From Squalus acanthias (lineage: Eukaryota), in contig CM059438.1 in NCBI GenBank assembly GCA_030390025.1, forward strand, positions 52,640,001 through 52,704,000: a stretch of DNA of 64,000 bases. Reading direction: 5' to 3'. Shown piece after piece: positions 12,426 to 23,815 of this stretch. The notes under the pieces were generated by a model. The model saw nothing but the letters and a program-made list of their open reading frames with translations, was not told where the DNA came from and ran no database searches. Both the position numbers and the translations under genes were made by a program. The first letter of the stretch is position 1. Every line of letters starts with the position of its first letter.

Positions 12426-12816
12426 GTGAGTACTTTCGACTTCAGGCCATTTATATGATAAAAGTAAGAAAAATAACACAACTGTAACTGCATAAATCAT
12501 ACATCAGTTAAATCAGTTTATTCTTTCCCAGCTATAACCAAAACATAATCAGTAAATTAGAGAAAACTAGTAAGGAAGTAATATACCTTTTAACTCAAAA
12601 AATATAGCTAATTGCTAGATTTCAATTAGATGTTATAAAAAGTTAATCATATTTAATACTGTTCATATGATTACAGCTTTAGAATTTTTCTGGAGAGCAG
12701 AAACCATCACATTTGTTGTGTTTGTTGCAAAGAATCCAATGTGGTTGGCAGCATTGGGCCAGCAATGAGAGGAACATGGTTTGTTCACATGGATGGTGAG
12801 CTAGAATTATATTACA

Positions 12817-12957
12817 GGGGTAATTTCACGAGGCTCCACTGTCAGCACGAAGCCTCACTAGCTACAAGCACTGATCAGAGATAGGGTTACAACATTACAG
12901 CCCACATCACTGTTAATGAAGTTCTGTGCCAGCAGCGGAGTCTCACAACATTATCCC
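12817..12957. mobile_element. Small hairpin MITE
   Basis: Arms gggtaatttcacgaggctccactgtcagcacgaagc and gttctgtgccagcagcggagtctcacaacattatccc are imperfect reverse complements. Confidence 0.5.
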
Positions 12958-13174
12958 TTACATCTTAACTTGAAGCTACATAAACAACAGATGTTTGAGG
13001 GCCCATGTGGTTCCAAGATAATTTTAAGACATAAGCCCTAAATCAATGAAGGACTTGCTGCCGTGCCCCTCTGTACTCCAATCACTAACCACTTTATATA
13101 TACACCAGATAAATTCTTAACTTCCCTTTGCAAAACAATAGTCAATATCATTTCAGGATTAATACAGATAGAAT

Positions 13175-13590
13175 TTGCACTAATGTAGCACCTTTCACAA
13201 CACCAGGACATCCCATAGAGCTTTACAGTAGTCACTTTTGTAATGTAGATAAATGTGGCAGCCAATTTACACACAGCGAAGTCCCACAAATAGCAATGAG
13301 ATCAATGACCAAATAAACTGTTCAGTGATATTGCTTGAGGGATAAATGTTGGCAAAGGCAATAGGAAAACGCCCCTACTTTTCTTTAAATACTGTTGTGG
13401 AATCTTTTATGTCCATCTGAGAGGGTAGACAGTTGGTTTAAAATCTCAACTGATAGACAGCACCTCCTACACTGCAACACTCCATCAGTACTGAAGTGTC
13501 AGCTTAGATTATGTGCTCAATTCTCTGGAGTGCAGCTTGAACGCAGAATATTCTGACTCGGAGATAAAAGGGCTACCACTGAGCCAAGGA
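13175..13590 (-). mobile_element. tRNA-derived SINE
   Basis: Minus-strand head ccttggctcagtggtagc (A box) and gttcaagc (B box); body shared with 5200-5600 and 45220-45420. Confidence 0.65.
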
Positions 13591-13636
13591 TAATTTAAGT
13601 GTATTGATCTTTACTTTTTCAAACTCCAGCCATATT

Positions 13637-14648
13637 AATAAGGAGTACAGAAGAGCATGCCAGGAGTAGCACCAGGCGTACCTAAAAATGAGGTGCCAAC
13701 CTGGTGAAGCTGCAACACAGGACTACATGCATGCTAAACAGTGGAAGCAGCATGCTATAGACAGAGCTAAGCAACTCCACAGTCAACGGATCCAATCAAA
13801 GCTCTGCAGCCCTGCCACATCCAGTCGTGAATGGTGCTGGACAATTAAACAACTAACGGGAGGAGGAGGCTCTATGAAAATCCCCATCCTCAAAGATGAT
13901 GGAGCCCAGCACATGAGTGCAAAAGACAAGGCTGCAGTGTTTGCAACCATCTTCAGCCAGAAGTGCCGAGTGGATGATCCATATCGGCCTCCTCCTGAAG
14001 ACCCCACCATCACAGAAGCCAGTCTTCAGTCAATTTGATACAGAAACGGCTGGGCACATTGGATACAGCAAAGGCTATGGGACCTGACAACATCCCGGCT
14101 GTCGTGCTGAAGACTTGTGCTCCAGAACTAGCTGTGCCTTGAGCCAAGTTATTCCAGTACAACTACAACACTGGCATCTACCCGACAATGTAGAAAACTG
14201 CCCAGGTATGTCCTGTCCACAAAAAGCAGGACAAATCCAATCCGGCCAATTACCGCCCCATCAGTCTACTCTTGATCATCAGCAAAGTGAAAGAAGGTGT
14301 CGTCGACAGTGCGATTAAGCGGCACTTACTCACCTATAACCTGCTCACCAATGCTCAGTTTGGGTTCTGTCTTGACCACTCGGCTCCAGACCTCATTACA
14401 GCCTTGGTTCAAACATGGACAAAAGAGCTGAATTCCAGAGGTGAGGTGAGAATGACTGCCCTTGACATCAAGGCAGCATTTGACCGAGTGTGGCATCAAG
14501 GAGCCCTAGTAAAATTGAAGTCAATGGGAATCGGGGGCAAAAATCTCCACTGGCTGAAGTCATACCTAGCACAAAGGAAGATGGTTGTGGTTGTTGGAGG
14601 TCAATCATCTCAGCCCCAGGACATCGCTGCAGGAGTTCCTCAGGGCAG
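13637..14648 (+). mobile_element. Internal fragment of the same LINE family as 7210-9760, opposite orientation
   Basis: ORFs 13688-14038 and 14272-14730 closely match residues of the 815-aa ORF (MRCQPGEAATQDYMHAK..., SQPQDIAAGV.QG); contains stops and frameshifts. Confidence 0.9.
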
Positions 14649-17600
14649 ACGTGGCTGCGTTTACCAGTGTGGAAAGGGGCTTGCAGGGTGTCACAGCAGT
14701 CCAGCAATCTGTCCTCCAACAGATTACTAAGAATGCTGAGGTGCCGACCCAGGGGAGTGGAAGTGGCTCCATGGAGCACGAAGCTGCTGTCCTCTCTCAG
14801 GATGACAGCATTCGTCCGTCCACCATTGCCACTCCGCCAATGCCCTTGCTGTTGCCTGTCAGCCAGCCAGCCCAGACTGCTGCCGCCCATGCCGAGGTAG
14901 TGCAGTCTAAAGTCGGGCCTTCTAGGCCCAGAGCTACTCGAGGTCGTCCTACAAGGCCATCTGTATTCTCCCCCACTGAAAGTCAGCAGCCTTCCACCAG
15001 CCATGCTGCAGCCACTGGGGTAGCACTTCTTAGAAACATTAGGACAGGCAAAGGCACACTGAAGACAGGCATTAAGGCAATGCACAAGTGTCATTAGTTG
15101 ACTTTTTTATGTAATATTGGATGGATTGATGTATAAAGTCAGATTGAATGTTTGTTTTATGGTGGCTTTTATTTGAGCATTGTGGCCAAGAAGACGCTGT
15201 GATGGTCAGTAACAAAGGGAAGGTAAGGTGTGGGACTATTATTGAATGGGGAATTGGAGTTGTGTTCACTGGCACCACAGTTGGATAAGTCGATCACGGA
15301 CAGCCCGGGCAGAAAGGGGCTGTCTGGGTTGCCTCCTCGCTTCCGCTTTCTCCTCTTCCTCTTGCGCTTCCTCCTCCTCCTCCTCTTTTGCTTCCTCCTT
15401 CTCTTCGTCCTCCTCCTCCTCCTCAGCTGGTCGCCATATGCCTGGTGCCGAGGACTGGGCCCTCTTGACAGTGGGGTTGTGGAGCATGTGTAAGGGTTCG
15501 TGTCTGTGTCTCAGACGGTGCTGGTGCGAGGTTAGGCCTTCGTTGCCTAATACTATTGCTTGCTCTGGTCTCCGGCCAGCCTTATTGCAATAAGCACCTG
15601 TGAGTGGTTCGACCCACTCACCCTTACGGTTCTAACACTGGACTTAGGTGCAGAAGCAGTAATGCAGAGAAAAACTCAGATAGACCCGGTTGAATAGTAC
15701 AAAATGGAAATCTTTATTTCATAGCGTCCAAAATCATGAAGTACATGTCATAGGCGCAAATTAACGAGAGTACAAGTATACATACATTCATAAAGCTTGG
15801 TCTATGGTAGTGAAGAACGCACGGCACATCGTAAAAAGGGGAACACATTATACTTTATCCTTAATAAAACCACCCTCCCTTATCAATAACTACACTACGT
15901 CTAGATTTGTAGGATCGGGAAACATGCTCACCACTCGTGTTACTTCGGAGAATTTTAAAGTGAGGCACTCGGCTCGTTTCGCTGCAGCGCCTGACTGTCA
16001 CGTGTTTGGAGGGGTTCTGCACCCCACTTGTTTATCTTCGCTGCTGCGACAAGCAGGCCAGGCTCCCTGTTGTCATGAAGAACTCAACAGAACTCGGACA
16101 CGGTTGTAGAACTCAAAGAAGAGTCTTCCTGTACCCGACACCAGTTGTCGGTAGATTTCAATGAAGAGTCTTTCTTGTATTTTCGGGCGCGGTCGGGGTT
16201 TACTGACCGTGGCGGCACGTGGATTCTTCTTCTTTTCTTGTCATTTCGTCTTGTCTTTTCGGGCCTTCGGGTCCAGACACCGTTTACCGACTCTCAGGAT
16301 GGTGCACTTGCCCTTGTCGAGGCAGCTCGTTCCGATTGAGCTCCACCCAACATTCGAATAGCCAACCCGTACGGCTAAAAGTCAAGAGTCAACAGAGTCC
16401 AGCCCTAAAGAAGAGCTTCAGCAGTCGGCAGTGAGATAAGAGTTGAATCAAGCGCATAAGAGGCCAGCCGGGAGAATAAGAGAATAAGAGTCGAATCAAG
16501 AGACTGATGGACATTTGTTCATTATAGTTATAGTGCTGTGTTCCCTTATCTCCTGCTCAAATCTTAATGTTTGTCCTTTGTGTAATATTGGCGCTCAAAA
16601 CTCCCAGCATGGGGCGATTCTTCTCTTTAACGGGTTTTGGTAGCACCTGAAACTGGCCAACTACCCGTTAATGTTTTTCCCCATTGTTGACCCAGCCAGG
16701 ATTGTATGAACCGTCTACCTGACTGGTTTTGGGGGCCCCCGAATACTTGTTTAATCACCCGTCGATGTCTCTCTCATTGTAGAGCCGTGGGGGTATTTGT
16801 GTATTGATGTGTCTGGATGGGCCTTCGATTGCCCAGTACAATGGTCCTTACTTGTGCATGGAAAACGATTCCAGCACTTATATCTTTGCTATTGTTCCAA
16901 ATGCAAACAGGTTGCATCCTGTCTTTATCAGTGTTTATCGAGTATGATCCAATCTTATATTGAAATGTTTATTCGAACGCCATCTTGTCTGCCCACTATA
17001 ATTCTGGAAGCTTCTGCCACGATGCGCGGCGGCCATTTTACAGGCTTCTGTGTCCTTTATATCATGACAGCATTTCGTTTAATAAAACTGATCAAACGAA
17101 TCTGCTTCTGTCTTGTTATTTTGAATCGCGATAATTGCGAAACTTTACACATGCAGCAGACTGCGACGAATCTTGAGACGTGCTCTTATAAGTACTGCAG
17201 GGCTCCTCCAGAGCGGTCCAGGCAGTGGAAGCGTTATTTAAGGATGCCAATGGTCTGCTGTATCAGATTCCGTGTGGCAGCATGGCTTTCGTTATATGCA
17301 TGCTGCCCACGCAGCAGAGTCATGAGCCAGGTGGTCAGCGGATAGCCGTTGTCGCCCAGTAGCCACCCTCTGGTTTGTCATGGTGGCTCAAAGACTGAGG
17401 GAACAGCGGACTGGCGGAGAATAAAAGCAACATGACTGCTACCAGGATGCCGGGCATTCACCATCATGATGTGCTGAGCATGGTTGCACACCAACTGCAT
17501 ATTCAGTGAGTGATAACCTTTGCGGTTGCGGTACATCTCCGCATTTAGATGCGGTGCCCGCAAAGCCACATGCAGTCGATGGCGCCCTGCACCATGGGGA

Positions 17601-18586
17601 AGTCTGCTATCCTGGCAAAGCCACGTGCACACTCCGCCTGCTTCTCTCTGGTCATAAACTCCCCTCTCCTGGCATAAAGAGCTTCTGTCACCTCTCTTAT
17701 GCAGCAGTGGATGGCGAACTGGGAGATGGTACAGATGTTCCAGCCTGGAAGGATCCCGACGTGAAGACATTCAGGACCACGGTCACATTCACAGCCACTG
17801 GCAGCGCTGTCCTTGCCCTGGTGTGAGGCTGCAGATCTGGTTGCAAAAGGTGAGCACCTCCTTCATAAAGCGCAGACACCTCACACACTGCTCCTGGCTC
17901 AGGCTGAGGTAAGAGAATTGCTCTCAGCAGACCCTAGGTGGGTAAGGCCTCCTGCTGAGAGCCCTTCTCCCCCTCCTCCTCCTCCCTCTGTGAGCAGCTT
18001 GTCTTCTTTGCTGCCTCCTCTCCATCTCCCTGTCATGCTGCAGGCCAAGGGGGATGACATCTAGAGCACCCATGACTGGGAGCAAGCGGTCTGACCAGAA
18101 CCCTTGAAATCAGAAGCAAGGCCTTCTCCACTTGCAGCACCACTCCCTGTCACCTCACCAACTTTAAACAACTCTTCAGTCCCCTAGTACCACTCCCATA
18201 TCTAAGGATTGAAAGATTGTAGTGAAAGCCTCCGCTACTTCCACCCCTATTTCCCTCAGTAATCTAGGATGCAGCCCAACTGGACTGGGTGACTTTTGTA
18301 CTTTGAGCGCTGCCAACAGTTTCCCTATCCCTTCCCTATCTCCCTATCCCATTTCTCTACCCCCTCCTCCTTTACTGTATCTCCCTAGCTCTGTTACTTT
18401 CTCCAGCGCATCAACCTACCTCCTTCCCCCTAAAACTCTGGAGATGAAATTCTTCTTGAGCAATAGCACAAAACGGGCGATAGCAAATCAGCAGCCCGTT
18501 TAACCTGATATTCTTTTGGTGGAGTGTAAAGCGAGCTGCGATTCATTATTGGCCATTTTCGCTGCTGCCCAAGACAAGTTTCACCC
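14649..18586 (-). mobile_element. Decayed, left-truncated Harbinger (Myb 3' end on + at 14649-15097; transposase on - from 18073 to 15266)
   Basis: QQSVLQQ..QTAAAHAEVVQS..RGRP on +; LPVAVNVTVVLNVFTSGSFQ, YRNRKGYHSLNMQLVC and acidic tail ..RAVRDRLI on -. Interrupted by an LTR (15489-17190) and a CR1 scrap (~18185-18440). Right boundary uncertain. Confidence 0.8.
15489..17190 (-). mobile_element. Probable solo LTR (1702 bp), ERV- or Gypsy-type
   Basis: Cleanly interrupts the transposase; termini tgtaagggttcgt / acgtgctcttata are imperfect inverted repeats (TG..CA with one mutation); minus-strand TATA-like motif near 16521-16533 and AATAAA at 15713-15718; no recognisable protein. Confidence 0.65.
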
Positions 18587-18835
18587 TCTCTGTTCCTCTG
18601 ACTCTGGCCTCTTGTACATCCCCACCCTCTATCTTTGCCCCACTATTGGCAGCTGTGTCTTCAACCGCTGAGGCCGCATGATCTGGAATTCCCTCTACAA
18701 ACCTCTCTGTCTTCTCTTTTAAGACCCTCTTTAAAATCCACCTCTTTGACTAAGCTTTTGGTTACCACTCCTAATATCTCTCGGAATGTTTTTCTATATT
18801 AAATAAGCTATATAAATGCAAGATGTTGTTGTTGG
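18587..18835 (+). mobile_element. L2 3'-end fragment
   Basis: tctggcctcttgtacatcccc..tctggaattccctc..tttgactaagcttttgg..gttgttgttg mirrors the reverse complement of 5610-5920. Confidence 0.65.
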
Positions 18836-19299
18836 AGGGGTTTATATTTTAAAAATTCTGGGATGCTATGTTAAATTTTTTTTTTTAAGTTTTTAAAATT
18901 TTGGCAAAAGATAATGGGACTGAGCTGGGCCAGGCCATGCTGGGCTGGAGGCAGAACATGTTGTTTTTTAAATATTGGCAGTGCGGCAGAGGAAAATAGA
19001 TTGATTACTAGCTAAGTTAACTTTGCTAATTTCTGGCTGAGTTTTGTGGGGAGATGAGGGGTTAGATGTTCCTCTGTGCCAGGATCACTGCCGGATGTGC
19101 TCTGAGATTGCACATCCACCTGACAGTATAACCCACCATAACCCCATCCTATTTTCCTAGATCAACCTTATTTTAATATTTTGAGCAGGCTTCCAGTGCT
19201 ATTTCACCCTCTTTTGGGAAGCCGCCTCTTATCTCTGGTACTGCTGCTGCATTTAAGTGGCTGCAGCAACTTAAATGTCCAATGCAGTCATTTTTGTCA

Positions 19300-20800
19300 G
19301 CAACAGTTTGGCTTTCTACAATGTCTGAATTTTTAGACGTGTTGATGCATTATTAGTTGAAATCCAGTGAAGAAGGACACAGGTTTCTGGCACAGAGGGA
19401 AGTGGGTATGATCCAGCCTCAATGAAAGAAGGTGGGTTGGGCGGTGAGAGTGCCACGACCAGCAAGCCCCATGCAACTACTTAGTCCTAGAAGAAGTTCA
19501 ATGAGCTCACCAAATCAGCCAAGGTAAGTGGAGGCAGTAACCACGTGAACCTGTAATGTTATAAGCATGTTTCACATTTCCAGCCACCTTGCTATCCATG
19601 AGGGTCCATGACACCCTTTACCTCTCCTTCCTTCCCTGCATATATTCCTTCATTCTCAACTTAACATGTAAGGAAGCAGTAAAAGACTTGTGGATATGTA
19701 TTTGCTCATTTCCTGCCCTATTATTGCCCCAAATAAGGAATGGTTAATTTACAACCGGGTTGCATTCCATTTGATAGCAAGCAAAGGGTTTTCACACTCT
19801 CAACTTTCTTCTTGAAGGAGAAAATGGCCATTGGTGAAGAATCCCCAAAGCACTGCCTCTCTTATGAGGAGGAAGACTTGGCACTCTTGGGCAGGCTTAC
19901 AGGGAAAACAGTGGAAGACGAGGAAGTAGATGGGGAGGTGACAGTTGCAGGTTGGTCAGGAAACTCCTCATATCATGCCTCCAGTTCCTGCTGCTCAAAT
20001 TCAATCTGTCATCACAATACATTGTGAATGCTTAAGCTCATAACTTGATCTGAAAGTGAAATAGACATTGTACAGCTCAACTTCTGCTAACCTCTTGGCT
20101 TTTTCTGCCTGCCTAGGTGTTCCGTGGCAACATGAAGAGGAAGATGAGCAACAGGGCCTTGGTCTCTCTGCATTGACCACACTCAACCTCTGCACACCAA
20201 ACCCGTCATTGCACCTCATCTCTGCAAGCATTATCTGAGACACCCAGAGGCTTAGTTAGTGAACAGAGGAAATTTCACATGGTCATGCATAAAGTACAAG
20301 TGACCAGGAGGAACTGCGGGTGGAAAATTAGCAGACACTCGTTGCCAGCCTGGTTCCCATGGCTGAGTAGCTTTGGTCAGGGGTCCAGCATTAAAAGAAG
20401 GATGATGCTTGTAGAGCATCAAATTCATATACTAACAACGGAGATAAGTTCCTAGAATGTACTGCAGATGGTGGTTCAGTTGGAGGATTCCAATAACCGC
20501 ATCTGCAATGTTATGTTGGATGAGTGTACAAACATGCAATCAACTCTGGAGCATGTGCAGCTTCAGCACAACTGAAGCGCAGCCACGGAAGAAGAGTTGG
20601 CCCCAGAGCAGGGCTGACCAGAAACTGAGGAGATAAGCCAAGGAGGCAGGGTGGGGCGCTCAAGTCCAGGATGCGGAAGAAAAGCACAGGGCAGGCCACA
20701 ACAGCAGGAGGCCTGCGAGTGACTGTGGAGCAGTCCATGGCCAGAAATATTGCAGAATAAGTAGCTTTGGGAGCAAAAATGAGCAGTACTGCCAAAGGAA
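19300..20800 (+). pseudogene. Highly decayed Harbinger Myb/SANT gene
   Basis: aagaagttcaatgagctcaccaaatcagccaag|gtaagt = KKFNELTKSAK + donor at the same position as in other copies; a later acceptor cttgaag|EKMA. Boundaries approximate. Confidence 0.55.
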
Positions 20801-20846
20801 TATTTAAAAATAGAAACCAGTAGGACCAATTTAAACAAAATATATA

Positions 20847-21006
20847 GGGTTAGGTATTCAACTTAATGCCCAAGTGTAAAACTGATGTGTGGATTTGCTG
20901 CTCATTATAGAAACTGCCCATAGAAATAAAAATCGGGCAGTTTCTATAATGTGAAGACAATCCTCACTGCCAGTTTTACATCCATGCAGTACATTGAAAA
21001 TCTACC
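20847..21006. mobile_element. Hairpin MITE
   Basis: Perfect 17-bp arms cattatagaaactgccc (20903-20919) / gggcagtttctataatg (20935-20951), plus outer tgtaaaactg / cagttttaca. Confidence 0.65.
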
Positions 21007-21761
21007 TCATTGATATGTGGGGACAAGACCTGGATGGTGTAATAGCGCCACATGCTTTCAGAAGCCTGCAATTACATTGTGGCAGGCAGATATTGTTGAC
21101 ACAGGAATTTTTAATTATATGAAACTTGGCATAGAGTTTATTATAAATGTTTACACACAATGCGTGACTGAAAAATCATGACATAGGAAGTAAGTTTATG
21201 TGGACAGGGAGTGCTTGGCTTGCACAAAGCTTTATAGGTAGATATTCAGTGGTTGGTTGAAATCTTTCTGCATTCTACACTGTAGACAGACATTATTAAA
21301 CAGGTGAGTTTACTTGTGAAACCAATTAATATAAAAAATATTTTATGCAGTAATACGGATTTTTGTAAAACAGCAAAAATCTTTATTCATCACATACTGC
21401 ATAAAATTAACAAATCTTCAACTGCCGTTAAAATACAGCACTGTACTCAAACAGTGATTGTTGCTGATTATTACATCTTGAATTGTCAGGACCATTATAG
21501 TTTTCAGTTCTCAATCAAGACTCTGATTTCAGAAAGACTGGAAGTTTACCCACATGCTGAAATCAGCTAATTACTGTTATGCAATAAAGAAATATCTTAT
21601 TTCTACATCTCACTGAAGAGAATATCTTAGGAATGGTTCAGCAGGGAGTGGCACTCACAGGGAGCACATCTTGGGAAATTATGGGCTGCATGCTGCCATG
21701 GTTCATTCCCTGGATCTTTATTTGGTTTTCTACATCTAACTCTGCTTTAATTTCTTTCCAG

Positions 21762-21882
21762 CTTCACTCAGTTTCGAATAATCCTTGGTGACTTCAACTT
21801 TGATGAAATAGACAATGCCAACAGAATCTTGGGTCCAATTTATTTCGCCACCTATGTTTTCTTTGTCTTCTTTGTTCTGCTT
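21762..21882 (+). CDS. PKD2L1: Polycystin-2-like channel exon (121 nt, pore helix, filter, S6)
   Basis: Acceptor tttctttccag, donor gtaagt. Reads (I)[40 protein letters not shown]. Not in the ORF track; read manually, phase joins the previous exon. Confidence 0.95.
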
Positions 21883-22364
21883 GTAAGTTGCACCTTGTAT
21901 TGAACCTACTATAAATGAAATGGGACACTGAGAGGAGAGAATTGTCAATTTGCAGATGATGATCAAAAAGTGGCAGAGGTCTTTTCTAAAAAGAAGACTA
22001 TCAGGGAATGGGTGAATCATAAAATGGCTAAGAGTGAGATGAGTGACATTATGGTGAATAAAAATTATATTTTTAGATAATCTAGTTGAGCTAAAGGAAG
22101 ACAAAATGCCAGGGCCTGATGAGATACATCCTAGGATTCTGGGGAGATGAGGGAGGAAATTGCAGAGGTTTTAGAAATTATGGCCTTGCCAGGCCTGGGT
22201 GGTGTGGTGGAGGTTAAAATGGTGTGAGGCATTTAACCACTCCTTGACCGACTGCAATATTAAATTGCAGGTGGCAAGAGCACCTACCCCAAGCCAACGG
22301 GGTCCTTTTTAAATATGCATGTCAGGCCCCGATGATGGCAATGGGACCCAATCTGCGATTTTAT

Positions 22365-22795
22365 TTTGGGCTTGTATTCGCTAGAGTTTAGAAGAATGAG
22401 AGGGGATCTCATTGAAACTTATAAAATTCTAACAGGACTAGACTGACTAGATGCAGGAAGGATGTTCCCGATGGTGGGGGAGTCCAGAACCAGGGGTCAC
22501 AGTCTAAGGATAAGGGGTAAGCCATTTAGGACTGAGATGAGGAGGAATTTCTTCACCCAAAGAGTGGTGAACCTGTGGAATTCTCTACCACAGAAGACAG
22601 TTGAGTCCAATTCATTAAATATATTCAAGAAGGAGTTAGATATATTTCTTAAGGCTAAGGGGATCAAGGGATATGGGGAGAAAGCAGGGACAAGGTACTG
22701 AATTTGGATGATCAGCCATGATCGCATTGAATGGCGGAACAGGCTTGAGGGGCCGAATGGCCTACTCCTGCTCCTATCTTCTATGTTTCTATGTT
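22365..22795 (+). mobile_element. CR1 LINE 3' end
   Basis: MFPMVGESRTRGHSLRIRG..RRNFFTQRVVNLWNSLP; tail ttctatgtttctatg. Confidence 0.85.
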
Positions 22796-23259
22796 TAATC
22801 TGAGGCCTGAGTGAAGGAGTAGTGGTGGCTTCTCCACCAGGCAAAACCTGCCGGGGGCTGGACAAAGGGCCATAAACGACCCAGGAAGGTAAGTTTTTAC
22901 ATTTAAAAAAAAGTTTCCTTGTGGGCTAAGAGGAGCAGGAGTGCTCTTCCGAGGTCCACAAGGAAACCTTGGGCCTCCCTTGCCCCGGGCTTACCCCCCC
23001 CCGCCCCACCCCCCACCAGTCGCGATCACCTCTGGGCCCACCCCACCACTAACCTGACTGCCGGGAACTGTTGCCTCTGGTCCCCGATGGCTGCCTCCAA
23101 CTGACATGATTTTAATGGCCTGGCAGCTGCTTCCGGCCATTTTGATCAGGACAAGTAGCGTAAAAATGAGGCAAATTTTAACGGCCGGGTCTCAACATCA
23201 CTCTCACTTTGGGGCTCACATGCACCGTTCCTGTACTGCCGTTAAAATCGAGGTAATTA

Positions 23260-23815
23260 CAGGCCACCTGGAGTACTGTGTGCAGTTTTGGTCTCCTTAC
23301 CTAAGAAAGGATATACTTGCCATAGAGGGAGTGCAGCGAAGGTTCACCAGACTGATTCCTGGGATGGCAGGACTGTCGTATGAGGAGAAATTGGGTCGAC
23401 TAGGCCTGCATTCACTAGAGTTTAGAAGAATGAGAGGGGATCTCATTAAAATGTATAAAATTCCGACAGGGCTAGACAGACTGGATGCAGGGAGGATGTT
23501 TCCTCTGGCTGGGGAGTCTAGAACGAAGGGTCACAGTCTCAGGATACGGGGTAGGACATTTAGGACTGAGATGAGGAGAAATTTCTTCACTCAAAGGGTG
23601 TTGAACCTGTGGAATTCTCTACCACAGAAGGCTGTGGAGGCCAAGTCACTGAATATATTTAAAAAGGAGATAGATAGATTTCTAGACACAAAGGCATCAA
23701 GGGGTATGGGGAGAGAGCAGGAATATGGTTTTGAGATAGAGGAACAGCCATTATCATATTGAATGGCGGAGCAGGCTCAAAGGGCTGAATGCTACTCTAT
23801 TTTTCTATGTTTCTA
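23260..23815 (+). mobile_element. CR1 LINE 3' end
   Basis: HLEYCVQFWSPYLRKDILAIEGVQRRFTRLIPG..NFFTQRVLNLWNSLP; ttctatgtttctat tail. Confidence 0.88.

Noticed and set aside
15804..17345. Plus-strand ORFs inside the solo LTR as possible viral accessory genes
   Set aside because: No recognisable motifs, opposite to the inferred LTR orientation, and one crosses the insertion boundary.
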